This document shows, piece after piece, positions 13,147-24,544 of a stretch of 64,000 bases of DNA. The first letter of the stretch is position 1. Each line of letters starts with the position of its first letter. The stretch covers positions 25,234,001 to 25,298,000 of the forward strand of contig NC_043004.1 in assembly GCF_006345805.1 (NCBI RefSeq), written 5' to 3'. The position numbers and the translations under genes are program-made. Origin of the DNA: Octopus sinensis. Its lineage: Eukaryota. The notes beneath the pieces are model-generated. The model was not told the origin of the DNA and did not search any database. It worked only from the letters and a program-made list of their open reading frames with translations.

Positions 13147-14170
13147 CTGCAATAATAATAATAATACAATGTTAAAATCAGAGTTAGAAGTTGGTATTGT
13201 AGTCATGGTCACTATTTAGTTCCAATGAGGTGGCAGAATTGTTAGTACACCCGACAAACTGTCTAGCAGCATTTCTTACTGCTTTATGTTCTGTGTCCAA
13301 ATTCCAATGCAGCTGACTTTGCTTTTATCCTCTCAAGGTTGAAAAGACAAGTAGCAGTTGAACATTGAGGTCAATGTATTTGACTAGCTTCTTCCCCAAA
13401 ATTTCAGGCACTATGCCTAGAGTAAAAAGGATTATTTAGCTCCAGGTCAACCCTGACGGAACAGACCTATGATAAAAGGTGTTCCAGCTGTTAAAATCCC
13501 ATCTTGGTTCTTTTCAGTTCGGCCGCCAATTTTCAATCTCTTCAATTCCTGCTTAAAATGATTTCATATTTGGTGTAATATGATTTTATATGCTAATCAC
13601 TACTTTGAAATACATTTTTGCAATAAATCAATAAATAAAGAATTAATAGCTTTTAAAGTTTGAAAATTTTGGGTAATTTTAGCCAATCATAAGCCATGGT
13701 TACATTCATGCCTAGTAACAAGCCAAACATGAGAACTATTTTGTCTGCAAGATAGCACATGTTGACAAATATATTCTATGCTGTGTTCAGCTGTTTGTAC
13801 CCTGGTCGAGAGATGTGCTAAAAATAACAACCAAATAGGCTTTATATCATGCACCCCACAATATTTTTTGTTTTTTTGGTCTTTGCATGATAGTATGAAT
13901 TCCCAAGTGTAGAATACAAATTCACAAACATTTTCTGAAAATTCTAAAAAAAATCAAAAAAAGTTATGAGGGGTTATATGTTGTGTGTAAAGCAAAAGTT
14001 GATTTATTTAGTTTCACATTAAAACATGTCACGCACAAAATGACAGCTCCTAAATCCTGTTTCCTGACTGGGTGAAAATGATCACACTTTAAACCTCTAT
14101 AACGTTTTTAAAAGCTTTTTCTGGAAAAAGTGAAATATATCCTGAGATTCAGCTTTGAAAACTACATTAA

Positions 14171-15455
14171 CCCTTTCGATACTAACCCGGCCGGCTAAAA
14201 ATTTTTTAGTTCAAAGTACCAACCCGGCCATACCCGGCCGTTAGAACCCATTGTTATTTAAATGTAAATTTGAACCCAAATCTCGTTGGTACATTCGTTA
14301 AGGCATGTGATTTCACATTGTAAATAGTTAAGTTATAGTATCCGACATTGCTTGAAGTGATATCTCAACTCAGTGAATTTTGGGAGATTTTTTTCCACAT
14401 GTTTTTCGGCATCGATTTTTCTTCAACTTTGAAAATGGATAGGAGTTTCATGTTATCAAGCATTGATTCCGAATTTAAAGCTTTGTCAACGGAAAATAGG
14501 GAGATATCGAGAAAAAGAATGAAATAGGTACTAAAGCACGTGGTGTACAAAATAATGAATATTTTTTTATCCGAAAATGAAAGCAGCGCCTTTCGAAGAA
14601 ACAAAGCGGCGAAGGCGACAGCGAAGACGATTTTACATCGGAATGAAGTAAAAAAACTTTTAAAATGTTTTTATTAGCAATTTTTCTGAGGAGATAAAGT
14701 TTATCTATAGCCTTTCTTAGGAAGTGAAACCATTAGACTTTTATTTTTTTCAGTATGCTAGTTTTAAGCGATCACTTCGGAAACAAACTTACGCAGATTG
14801 TAAACAAACCCAAAATCGGGGTTCAAAGTTTGGGAAATTTGTGAAGCAAATACTGGGTACTGCGTGGATTTAGTTTTTATACAGGGAAAATAATGTTAGT
14901 CAGCATGGCCTAGGGAACGATGTGGTCTGGAATTTATCACTTCCATTCCATAACCAGGGCCGTATATTATTTTTTGACCGATATCTTTAGTTCGGTCAAA
15001 CTTACGGTGGATTCCAATATTTCAGTTTATTCCACCTTTATGGTACACCTGTTGTGCATTAAATTCAACTGATGATCTAGTGATGTGCACAATTCTTCTT
15101 TATCAAAATTTTGTTGCATACCCATTTGAATATTAGCTGATGATTCATTTTCTATAGTGATGTTTAAACAAAATTTTAATTTTTTACCTTTTGCTCAATT
15201 TAAAATTTTAATATTTTTACCTTTTGCTCAATTTACCTGGATTTACCTGTAATTAAAGTCACTTTGAGACAAAAGTTATGCAATAGAATTGATTAAGAAC
15301 CCTTCCTTTAATTATGTTCCAAATATCACATTAAAATGTTGATAAGTAAAAAAGTTACAGTTATTTAATGAAACAAGCCTAAATTCATGATTATTTTAGA
15401 ATTTAATTGAAACTCATGAGGGGTTATTTTGGTCAGAAATATTGTAACGAAAGGG
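14171..15455. mobile_element. piggyBac-like non-autonomous DNA transposon
   Basis: TTAA target duplications (14167-14170, 15456-15459) and TIRs CCCTTTCGATAC / GTAACGAAAGGG (11/12 match). No transposase ORF. Confidence 0.85.
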
Positions 15456-16764
15456 TTAATGTAACAAATTTTTAAATTTTCAATAAACTTGGAATTTTTG
15501 GAAATTGGCAGCCAAACTTTAAAAAATCCCCCATCTTTTCTTTTCCCCAGGCATATTGAGAATATTTCTGACAATGTTATCCAATGTGTGAGTTCCACTT
15601 CCTTTTTAGGTTGGCAGAACATTATCGGAGGAAGATCAGGCTGTTAATTCTAGTACATTGGGTGATAACATCAAAGCATAAATATTGGAAGATCTAAATT
15701 TCTAATGACATTTTTTGTGTAGACAGGCATCAAATGTGACACCAATTAATGAAGTGCTAGCTAAGCAATATATTTACAGCTTCTCCAGCAACACTGCAAT
15801 TAACACAGAGTGCAGCTCTCTGCAAGTTTCAATATTTTGTATAATTCTTGGAGCACTATATACAGTTAAATATGTTTTGTAGTTGCTATCACTCACTTAT
15901 GAAATGAAAAAGTGGTAGCTAACTAAAATAAAAAGTTATGATCTTTTACCTAACACTTTTGCTTCAGACCTGCCTGAAACTGCCCATGGTTCTATGATAC
16001 AAATTCCTTGTTTTATAGTGACCTTAAAACTTTCCATTTATGCTAATTTATATTCCAAACAACAGATTAATAATTTATCAAGTTATTTTACTAAATTCTT
16101 CATTATTTTCAAAATTAATCCAATCAAAATGCAGTATATTTCAATAGAAATATGGCAATGAAAAGGGTTAACGGCACAATTTAATTTCTAGTTTAGTGGT
16201 TTTCAAACAATGTTGCAAAGGGATGTCTATGTATGTTATCTCTCTTCATTTTTTTAAAACTTACAACAATCATTAGACTATGGCCATGCTAGGACACTGT
16301 CTGAAAAAGTTAAAGGGTTTAGCCGAACAAGTTGACCCCAGTACTTATTTTTTCAAATCTGGTACTTATTCTGCCAGTTTCTTTTGTGAGCTGCAAAGTT
16401 ATGAGGATGTAAACAAACCAACATCAGGTGTCAAGTGGTAGCAGAGTACAAACACAGAGACACACACACATTTATGATGGGCTTCCACAAAGTTTCTGTC
16501 AACCAAATCCACTCACATGACATTCGTTGGCCCAGGGCTATAGTAGAAGACATGCCCAAGATGCAGTGAAGTAGGATTGAACCCAAAACTACACAGCATA
16601 CCCGTACCTATCTGTTGTGAATTAAAAAAAAAACATGCAAATCTTTAGAAAATCATTACAAATGTTTCATTGCCTAAAAAACCATGTTATTTTAAATTTT
16701 GTTTACACACAAGTAGTACTACTTAAATATAATAAGCAATAGTTTTCTTTGATAATTTTCTAAA

Positions 16765-17845
16765 TACTCTTTTACTTGTTTGAGTCATTTGACTGTGGCC
16801 ATGCTGGAGCACCACCTTTAGTTGAGCAAGTCGACCCCAGGACTTATTCTTTGTAAGCCTAGTACTTATTCTATTGCCCTCTTTTGCTGAACCGCTAAGT
16901 TACAGGGACGTAAACACGCCACCATCGATTGTCAAGTGATGTTGAGGGGGGGGGGACAAACACAGACACACATACATATATATATATATATAAGAATGAA
17001 TGTTTTTATATATAATGAACGTGAAATACAGGAAGGGACGAACACGGAACACAGACAAATCATTCGAAGCCTTCAATCTTCAGTCAGACACCGAATCATC
17101 ATAGCAAATTTCGGCTGTTCAATTCTGATATTTGCTCCAACTCGGCCAGCCCCAAGAAAAAAAACTAAGCTGTAAGCATTAGATTTCTTGGTAGAAGACA
17201 GGAATGTGAACGCACAAGACGGATGTAAATACAAGAGACGAAAACGAAATTGAAAACAGTAATGAATAAACAAAAATATATATAACGGTAGTTGTCATAC
17301 GACTTTAGACCAAATGAGACAGAAACAACAACATAGCAGCTGGCGTAGAAATAATTACCGTTTCGGTAGCGGGGACACATGTTGGTCGAGATACGATAGC
17401 CAACAGAATGGTTTAAGAAGCAGCAGGTTGCAGGAGAGAGAGAGAGACAGAGAGAGAGGGAATCAAAGAGGGTGGAAGGCAGGGGACAGAATCAGTGACC
17501 AAGAGAAAAGGAGAAAGAAGGGATTAAGGAGGATGGGAGGAAGAGGGGGGAAGAATCGGAGGGCACCAAAAAGTTTGGTGAAGAAGCAATGGCGGGTAGG
17601 AAAGACAGTGTGTATAGAAGTCGTGCAGGGTTTAAAATTGGACAAACAAACGGGGGGGGTGCACGTAACGCCGCAACACGACGGGCTTCTTTCAGTTTCT
17701 GTCTACCAAATCCACTCACAAGGCAATGGTCAGTCCGAAGCTATAGTAGAAGACACTTTCCCAAGGTGCCATGCAGTGGGACTGAACCTGGAACTATGTG
17801 GTTGATAAGCAAGCTACTTACCACACAGCCACTCCTATGCCTATA
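16765..17845 (-). mobile_element. SINE family A split by a ~700 bp insertion
   Basis: 3' half at 16765-16975 and tRNA-like head at ~17681-17845, separated at the SINE's internal (TA/TG)n spacer. Confidence 0.8.
16990..17680 (-). mobile_element. Possible Penelope-like element 3' fragment
   Basis: Strongly purine/pyrimidine-skewed, with a ctgactgaaga...cttcgaa motif on the minus strand reminiscent of a PLE hammerhead core. No intact ORF. Confidence 0.35.
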
Positions 17846-18103
17846 ATATTTAACTTCAAAAGCTTTCTTTTTTTTCTTTTTTTTTTTTTTAGAAAAAAAA
17901 AAACAACTTTCCACCTGTAGTGCACCATGCCATGAAATCATAAATATATTGGGAAGCACTGGTTTATTGCTATGTTTACTACAGGACCCTATGTTTCATA
18001 GGAATTTTGATATTGACAAAGAGTTTTTTCATTTGCTCTCCCAAAACAATTACAAATTGATACCTAAACTAAAAGAGTAGCTTAATAATAGAGTTATACT
18101 TAC

Positions 18104-18206
18104 ATCATCAATGATAACCTTCCATACTCTGACGTAGCCATCACTACAAGCATTAGCAAGGATATTGTCACCAGATGGCAGCACTTTGTGACTCAGACCA
18201 CGAATT
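18104..18206 (-). CDS. PAK1IP1: PAK1IP1 exon 8 (IRGLSHKVLPSGDNILANACSDGYVRVWKVIIDD)
   Basis: tattttcag acceptor, GTAAGT donor, 103 nt, phase 2 to 0. SDG-x-V-R-V-W-K WD40 end. Confidence 0.92.
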
Positions 18207-20860
18207 CTGAAAATACATAATTATAAAAGAAAGTGTTAATGTTTATATTTTATGGTCATTGGGGGTTAGGTGTTTCATTAAAAAGGAGATAACTTGTTTT
18301 AATTTTATTTCTATAGAACTCTTTCAATACAAATCTCCCAATCTTACTAGAAGCCATGGACACATTCATGCCTATTTACATAGTAATAGGCCAAACATGA
18401 GAACTCTTTTGTTTGCAAGATAGCACATGTTGACAAATATATTCTATGCAGTGTTCAACTGCTTGTACCCTGGTTGAGAGATGTGCTAAAACTAACAACC
18501 AAATAGATTTTTATGAAATGCATGTAGTCCAGAATAAAAATTATAAAAATATTACAACTGCATAAATCGGGATAAAATTTGATACAATGTATTGACTATA
18601 GAAATAATATATTTCTAAATCTCTCAGAGACATTTATGCAGCAGCAGTATGATAAAGTGATAGTATGTTGCCAACTTAATGTGACAGTCCTATAAAATGG
18701 AAGAATGCTACTGTTATTTAGCCCTAGGAAACACCGTTTCCTGGTGGACTTGACACATTTCCTGTGTCCTTATGTTTTCAAAGTGGAGATAAGCAACTCC
18801 CCCCCAACAAATAACACTTAGATTGCTTGTGTGTACAAATGATACTGACATCTGATTTTTCTTCTCCGACTTCAAGCTCTCTTTAATGAAATCCATAATA
18901 CCATAAAATTCTAACTCACTGCTTGAAGTATACTCACCGTGATGCTTCAAAATCAAAGAGAAAAATCCTAAGAAATGCACTAAATAAAACAAGAAATACA
19001 AATGCATACAGTGCAGACAAGAAGTCTTTTGGCAGGAACTTCTTCCTAAAATGAAGTTAAACTTTCTTCTTTTTCACACAGAATTTGTTCACAAGCAACA
19101 AACACAATTTGGATTGTAGTTATGCACAGTTAAGGGCTCGACAACAACTGCAGTCAATTGTGGTACAGGACTTTCAGCATTCAGGTTATTCTGTCGAATG
19201 TCATTTTTATTTATTCACATTGCTTTGAATTAATTGTGAATTATTTCAGTTTTGAGGTTTTAATGATATGATTGTTTATCTTTCGAGTGACAGTGTAGGG
19301 TAGATGTACGAGGCTGGGCCTGGTCAGTTTGATTTAAAAGAAAAAAAAAAGCAAACAGAATATTTGGGTTGGATATGGCTAGTTTGAATGCTAAAGGGAT
19401 AAAGATTAAAAATGAAATGACATGTACCCAGTTTAATAACTAAAACTCATTACTACAGAGTTATAGCTGATACACAGGGCAATAAAAATATTTAATATAG
19501 CATCACAACAGAAAACAGCAAGAGCTACTTACTTCTTGCTCCTTCAGTTGCATAAATGCATAATGCATCACAGGCACACAACCAACTTTCTGGACACCTC
19601 CTATAATCTGCACTAATTTATGAGAAGAAACTTCAAATTCCCACAGCTGCTACAATGTACAGGTACCTGTATTTCATTTAATTATTTAAGTAAATATATT
19701 TGTTTAATTTACAGGTGACAACCTCTGGTTCAGAAAATCAATGCTGTGCTTGTACTTGGTGTGTAGACTAGGTAAATAAGCAGTAGCAATACCTGATATG
19801 TACATGCTATACAGGTGTTGCCAATGCATTTGTGATGCAACCATATGCAGCCCACCTGAGTAAATGGTTGCATCTGAAAGAAGCCCAATGGTCAACTGAA
19901 ATAATTTTCCAGTGCACATTCTGCTCTGTAGTAACATACAGAGTAGGGTGATTTACATATTTCTATTTACTATCATAAAATACTTGTTTTTATATCCATT
20001 TTTTTATGGTGGCATTAACTGGATGAATAGATATTATTGAGGAATTATTTTACAGCTGCAGGTCCTTTCTTTCTATAACAAACCCCTACTAGTTTCTCAA
20101 GTAAGGGTTTTTAAATTCCACTTCCAAAGTGCAGAATTAGCAAATGATTTGACAGGGATAGTCAACAATTATCACCATTCTTAGGTGAACACTTTTGTGC
20201 AATGACATAGAATATGAATACCCACAACCATATATAGAGTAATGGCACAGGTGCAAACATGATTGAATGGTTAAGAAGTTCACTTCTCAGCTATGTAGTT
20301 TTAGGTTCAGTCCCACTGTGTGGCATCTTGGGCCAACCCAAGCTATGCTTTGTGACTGAATTTAGCAGCCAGAAACTCAAAAATCTGCCATTTGTGTGCA
20401 AGCATGCATGTGTGTTTCTGATCAGTCAGGAGGTAGAACTTTTCTAATTTTATAAATTAATTTCCTAATTACTTTAGTTGTATAGTTTGCTGTTTGAAAC
20501 AAAGTAAATGTTTACAATTTGTGCTAAGTTACAAAAGTCACCAATTGTAGTTCAGCGACAAGTGGTAATTTGCACTTTTAGAATTCCACCTCAAAAATGA
20601 GCCTTCATCCAACCCATACCAGGATGGGGGGAAAAAGAATGGAGTTAAATGAACAAACAAGATAAATAACAGCAAAATTAGTGGAACATATTAAGTAACT
20701 GACAGATAATCAGACAATGAAACATAAAACATAGTGATATTGGATTATACTGATACGACAACATACAACACAGAGAGGTAGGAACTAAAAAACAAAGTGA
20801 AAATGTATGTTCAATACAAAGAAATAAGGGAAGTAGAACAATAATATTTTGGTAAAATAC

Positions 20861-20958
20861 CTGCTGGAATTGGTAGTTAACGTGTAGACTTCTGCTTCTT
20901 TTTCTATGTCATAAAAGATTATATCTGATCCTTCACCACCATATACTATTAAAGAATT
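20861..20958 (-). CDS. PAK1IP1: PAK1IP1 exon 7 (NSLIVYGGEGSDIIFYDIEKEAEVYTLTTNSS-R)
   Basis: tctttccag acceptor, GTATTT donor, 98 nt, phase 0 to 2. WD40-like. Confidence 0.88.
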
Positions 20959-22349
20959 CTGGAAAGATACAATTTTTTTTGTTAAGGTGATGCATATTTA
21001 GTTAATAAAACCCACTTAATTCTTCAATTCACAGAAAGAGCGCTATTGGTCAGTGTGGTTGAGTTACAAAGACAAATATTCCATATAACCTTTGAAATGA
21101 ATATCATTGATTGACCTTGCGTCAAGAAAGGAACCCGTATGTGGTTGCTCAACTTGCTAGAAACAGCAGCCAAATTTCTTTCAATCCTTTAACATTCAGA
21201 TTACTTTGACATATGTTGTGGTTATTTATTCATATTGCTTAAAAATTAATACCTTATCTCATAGCTTAGATGTTTTGCTGATGTGGTTGTATATTTTTAG
21301 AATGACATTGTAGGGTAAGTGTGAAAAGCCAGATCTAGCTTGTTGAACATAAAACAGAATATTTGGGCTGGATATGGCCAGTTTAAATGCTTTATGGCTT
21401 ATGCTAGTTAATACTGCAGTGAATAATCTAGTATCGTATATATGATAGCTGACATAATAGTGTGCTGGACATAGGTATGACTGTGCAGTTAAAATATTTC
21501 CTTCTCAACAAGGAAGGTTTGGGTTTGATTCCACAGTGTAGCACCTTCGACATGTGCCTTCTACAACAGCCTTGAGTTGACCATTAGCATGCAAGTAAAA
21601 TTTTGATACATAGAAACTGTACATACACATACATACAATTATGTGTATTTATATATGTAAATATATCTCAATTGTTTCATGGTCACTTTTCCATGCTTGC
21701 ATAGTTCAGATGGAATTTGTTGATTTTCTATGGCTGGATGCCCTTCATGTCACCATTCAAGGCAATATATTCCCAAAGTTAAGCATGTTTTCCACAGAGG
21801 ACTGGAAACTAACAACCTCGCTTATATGATGATGATCATTTACAACAAACAATGTCAAGATAAGGGTACATACACACACACACACATTTTTCTCTGGTTT
21901 ATGATATTCATTCCTTCAAGTTTTTTGTCAACTGACATCCTTTGAATTTGCAGGCCTCTTCTTCCTTTGCAGTCCCTCATGCTACTGTGGCCTCAAACCT
22001 TGTTTAAGACATCATTTAAAGTCCATTTTCCATGCTGGCATGGGTTACACAGTTTGACTGGAACTGGTAAGCCAGACAACTGCACCACTCTTTTGGCTTG
22101 GTTTCTATGGCTTGATGTTCTTCTTAATGCCAACCACTCTACAGAGTGTACTAGGTGTCTATTACATATCACCAGCAATGTCCTTGACAATGCAAGAAGA
22201 TGGGATGTGCATTACTGGAACACATTTGACCATATCTGAACAGGATTATTAAGTTAGGGAGGGGCTCACAAACATTTGCAGCCACAGTTAGATACCACTT
22301 TTGGACCCAAACTTCAAACACATACACATTATGCTTAGTTTATACTTAC

Positions 22350-22412
22350 AGTCATATATAGCATGGAATTAATACGACCTGGAGCTTCAACAATTTGGAT
22401 TAAACCAGTTGT
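22350..22412 (-). CDS. PAK1IP1: PAK1IP1 exon 6 (TTGLIQIVEAPGRINSMLYMT)
   Basis: tttcacag acceptor, GTAAGT donor, 63 nt, phase 0 to 0. Fills the expected gap (human ...EKRISSVKFL). Confidence 0.82.
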
Positions 22413-22508
22413 CTGTGAAATTAGAATAAAACCACAATGTTTGTAAAAGAAGTCAAGTCGAACGTAGAACATTTATGGACGAGAATTGCAGCAACATTTA
22501 AAACAGGA

Positions 22509-22736
22509 TTAACCTTTTAGCATTCAGATTACTCTGTTAAATGTAATGCTTATTTATTCATATTGTTTTGAATTAATCATGCATTATGTTGTAGCTTTGC
22601 GATTTCGATGGTGTGTTTGCTTAGCTTTAGAATGACATTGTAGGATAGGTGTAAGAGGCTGAATCTTGCCAGTTTGAACATAAAACAGTTGGAATATTTG
22701 AGCCGGATATGGCTGGTTTAAACATTAAAGGGTTAA
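22509..22736. mobile_element. TTAA-flanked ~220 bp MITE (piggyBac-type ends), representative copy
   Basis: TTAACC(C/T)TTTAGCATT...AA(T/C)(G/A)(C/T)TAAAGGGTTAA. Related copies at ~8975-9146, 19170-19405, 21185-21390, 33815-34007, 36308-36535 and 62885-63077. Confidence 0.8.
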
Positions 22737-22749
22737 CTCTTAAATTACT

Positions 22750-22902
22750 TAAAGTATACTAGCCATCTCAATATGGCTAACCACTAAGGGTGGGTGTTAC
22801 TGTAGCCTAAAGCCAGCTGGAGACGATGATCTCCTGGGGCTAAAAGCTACAGTAACACCCACCCTTAGTGGTTAGCCATATTGAGATGGCTAATATACTT
22901 TA
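22750..22902. repeat. Near-perfect fold-back (57 bp arms), probable TA-flanked MITE
   Basis: Arms 22750-22806 and 22846-22902 differ at one position. Confidence 0.9.
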
Positions 22903-23325
22903 CGTTGTCGAGCGGTTACTGTTTAGATCTCGTTCAGAGATTTATTATTGCTCTTAAATTACTGAAGTGCTTTTTCTAAATAAATCTCTTAATCTTGTTA
23001 GAAACTAGGTAATTTGATAAAATGCAGTACAATCATGAAAATATTACTATTCAATGAATTTGGATGAAACTTACTGATACAATATGATTGTTGCTGTACA
23101 ATACATTGTAAATATATGTCTTATCTGCTGTTGTTGATCATTACCTGTGGCCATGTCACTTTCACATGCCCAGGTAGACTGAATAGACAACCCATAGGTG
23201 CTAGACATAGTAAATAAAACCATCCTGCCATCAATAGTGAAGTCTGATAGAGTTACAAATAACAGGTTTAGAAAACAGAGTTTTATACCAAATCTAATCA
23301 CATGTCACATGACAAACAGTCTTAC

Positions 23326-23408
23326 CTTTGTGAGGTAAATTTCCAATTTGTGATTAAACACCAGACAATAAGTATCACCAGTTAATGACCACACTACAAG
23401 ATCAGCAA
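23326..23408 (-). CDS. PAK1IP1: PAK1IP1 exon 5 (VADLVVWSLTGDTYCLVFNHKLEIYLTK)
   Basis: tttattttag acceptor, AAG/GTAAGA donor, 83 nt, phase 1 to 0. Resembles human AHIVEWSPRGEQYVV..KIDIY. Confidence 0.9.
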
Positions 23409-23479
23409 CTAAAATAAATGAATAAATAAATGCTAAATACAATTCTTATTATTTACTCTTTAAAAATTCTTTGAAAATC

Positions 23480-24520
23480 AGCAATGTTAATAATAATAAT
23501 AATAATAGCTTCAAATTTTAGCTCAAAGCCAGCATGGGTGTGAGTAAGTTGATTACATAGACCCCCAGACCTTGGCAAAATTTGAACTCAGAGTGGAAAG
23601 ATGGATGATATGTCACTAAGCATTTTGCCTGATGTGCTAATGACAACTCACTATCTTAATAATTATAATAAACTTTTCTACTAAAGGTACAAAGCCTGAA
23701 ATTTTGGGGGAGGGAACTAGTCAACCACATCAACCCCTGTGTTTCACTGGTACTTAATTTATGAACCCCCAAAAGCAAGAAAGGCAAAGTTGACCATGGC
23801 AGAATTTGAACTCAGAATGCAGCGATAGGTAAAATACCACTAAGCATTTTTGTCCAGCTTGCTAACAATTTTGTCAGCTCGCCACCTTAATAATAATGGT
23901 TTCAAATATTGGCACAAGACCATCAAGTCTGGGCATAAGTCAATTACATCAATCCCAGTGTTCAACTGGCTTTTTATTTTATCGACCTCGTAAAGATGAA
24001 AAGCAAAGTCAAATTCAAATTTGGAATCAGAAAGTAAACATGAACAAAAAGCTGCTAAGCATTTTTGCCTGGCGTACTAATGATTCTGCCAGATTGCTGC
24101 CTGTAAATATAATAATAATAATAATATAGGTACAAGGCCTGAAATTTTGGGGGAGGTGCTAGTCGATTACATTGACCCCCTAGTGCTCAACTGGTACTTA
24201 TTTTATTGAACCCGACAGGATGAAAGGCAAAGTTCACCTTGGCAAATTTGAACTCAGAATAAATAACAATAATCCTTTCTATTATAGGCACAAAACTTGA
24301 AATTCTGGACAGTGGGATAGCTAATTACATTGACCTCAAAAGGATGAGAAGCAAAGTCAACTTCGGCAGAATTTGAACTCAGAATGAATAATAATTCTAC
24401 TATAGGCACAAGGCCTGAAATCTGTGGGGAAGGAGTAAGTTGATTACATCAACCACAGTGCTCAAGTGGTACATATTTTATTGATCTTGAAAGGATGAAA
24501 GGCAAAGTCATTGGCATTTG
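23480..24520 (-). mobile_element. Cluster of ~6 degenerate SINE family B fragments, head-to-tail
   Basis: Repeated gaaaggcaaagt..gaatttgaactcag and ggtacaaggcctgaaattttggggga segments separated by (AAT)n. Confidence 0.7.
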
Positions 24521-24544
24521 AATTGAGACCATAGTTGAACGAAA

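Noticed and set aside
19082-19771. Nested plus-strand gene in PAK1IP1 intron 7 (AG/GT-bounded segments at 19082-19184 and 19715-19771)
   Set aside because: The joined peptide has no recognisable homology, and such splice-like sites are common by chance in AT-rich DNA.
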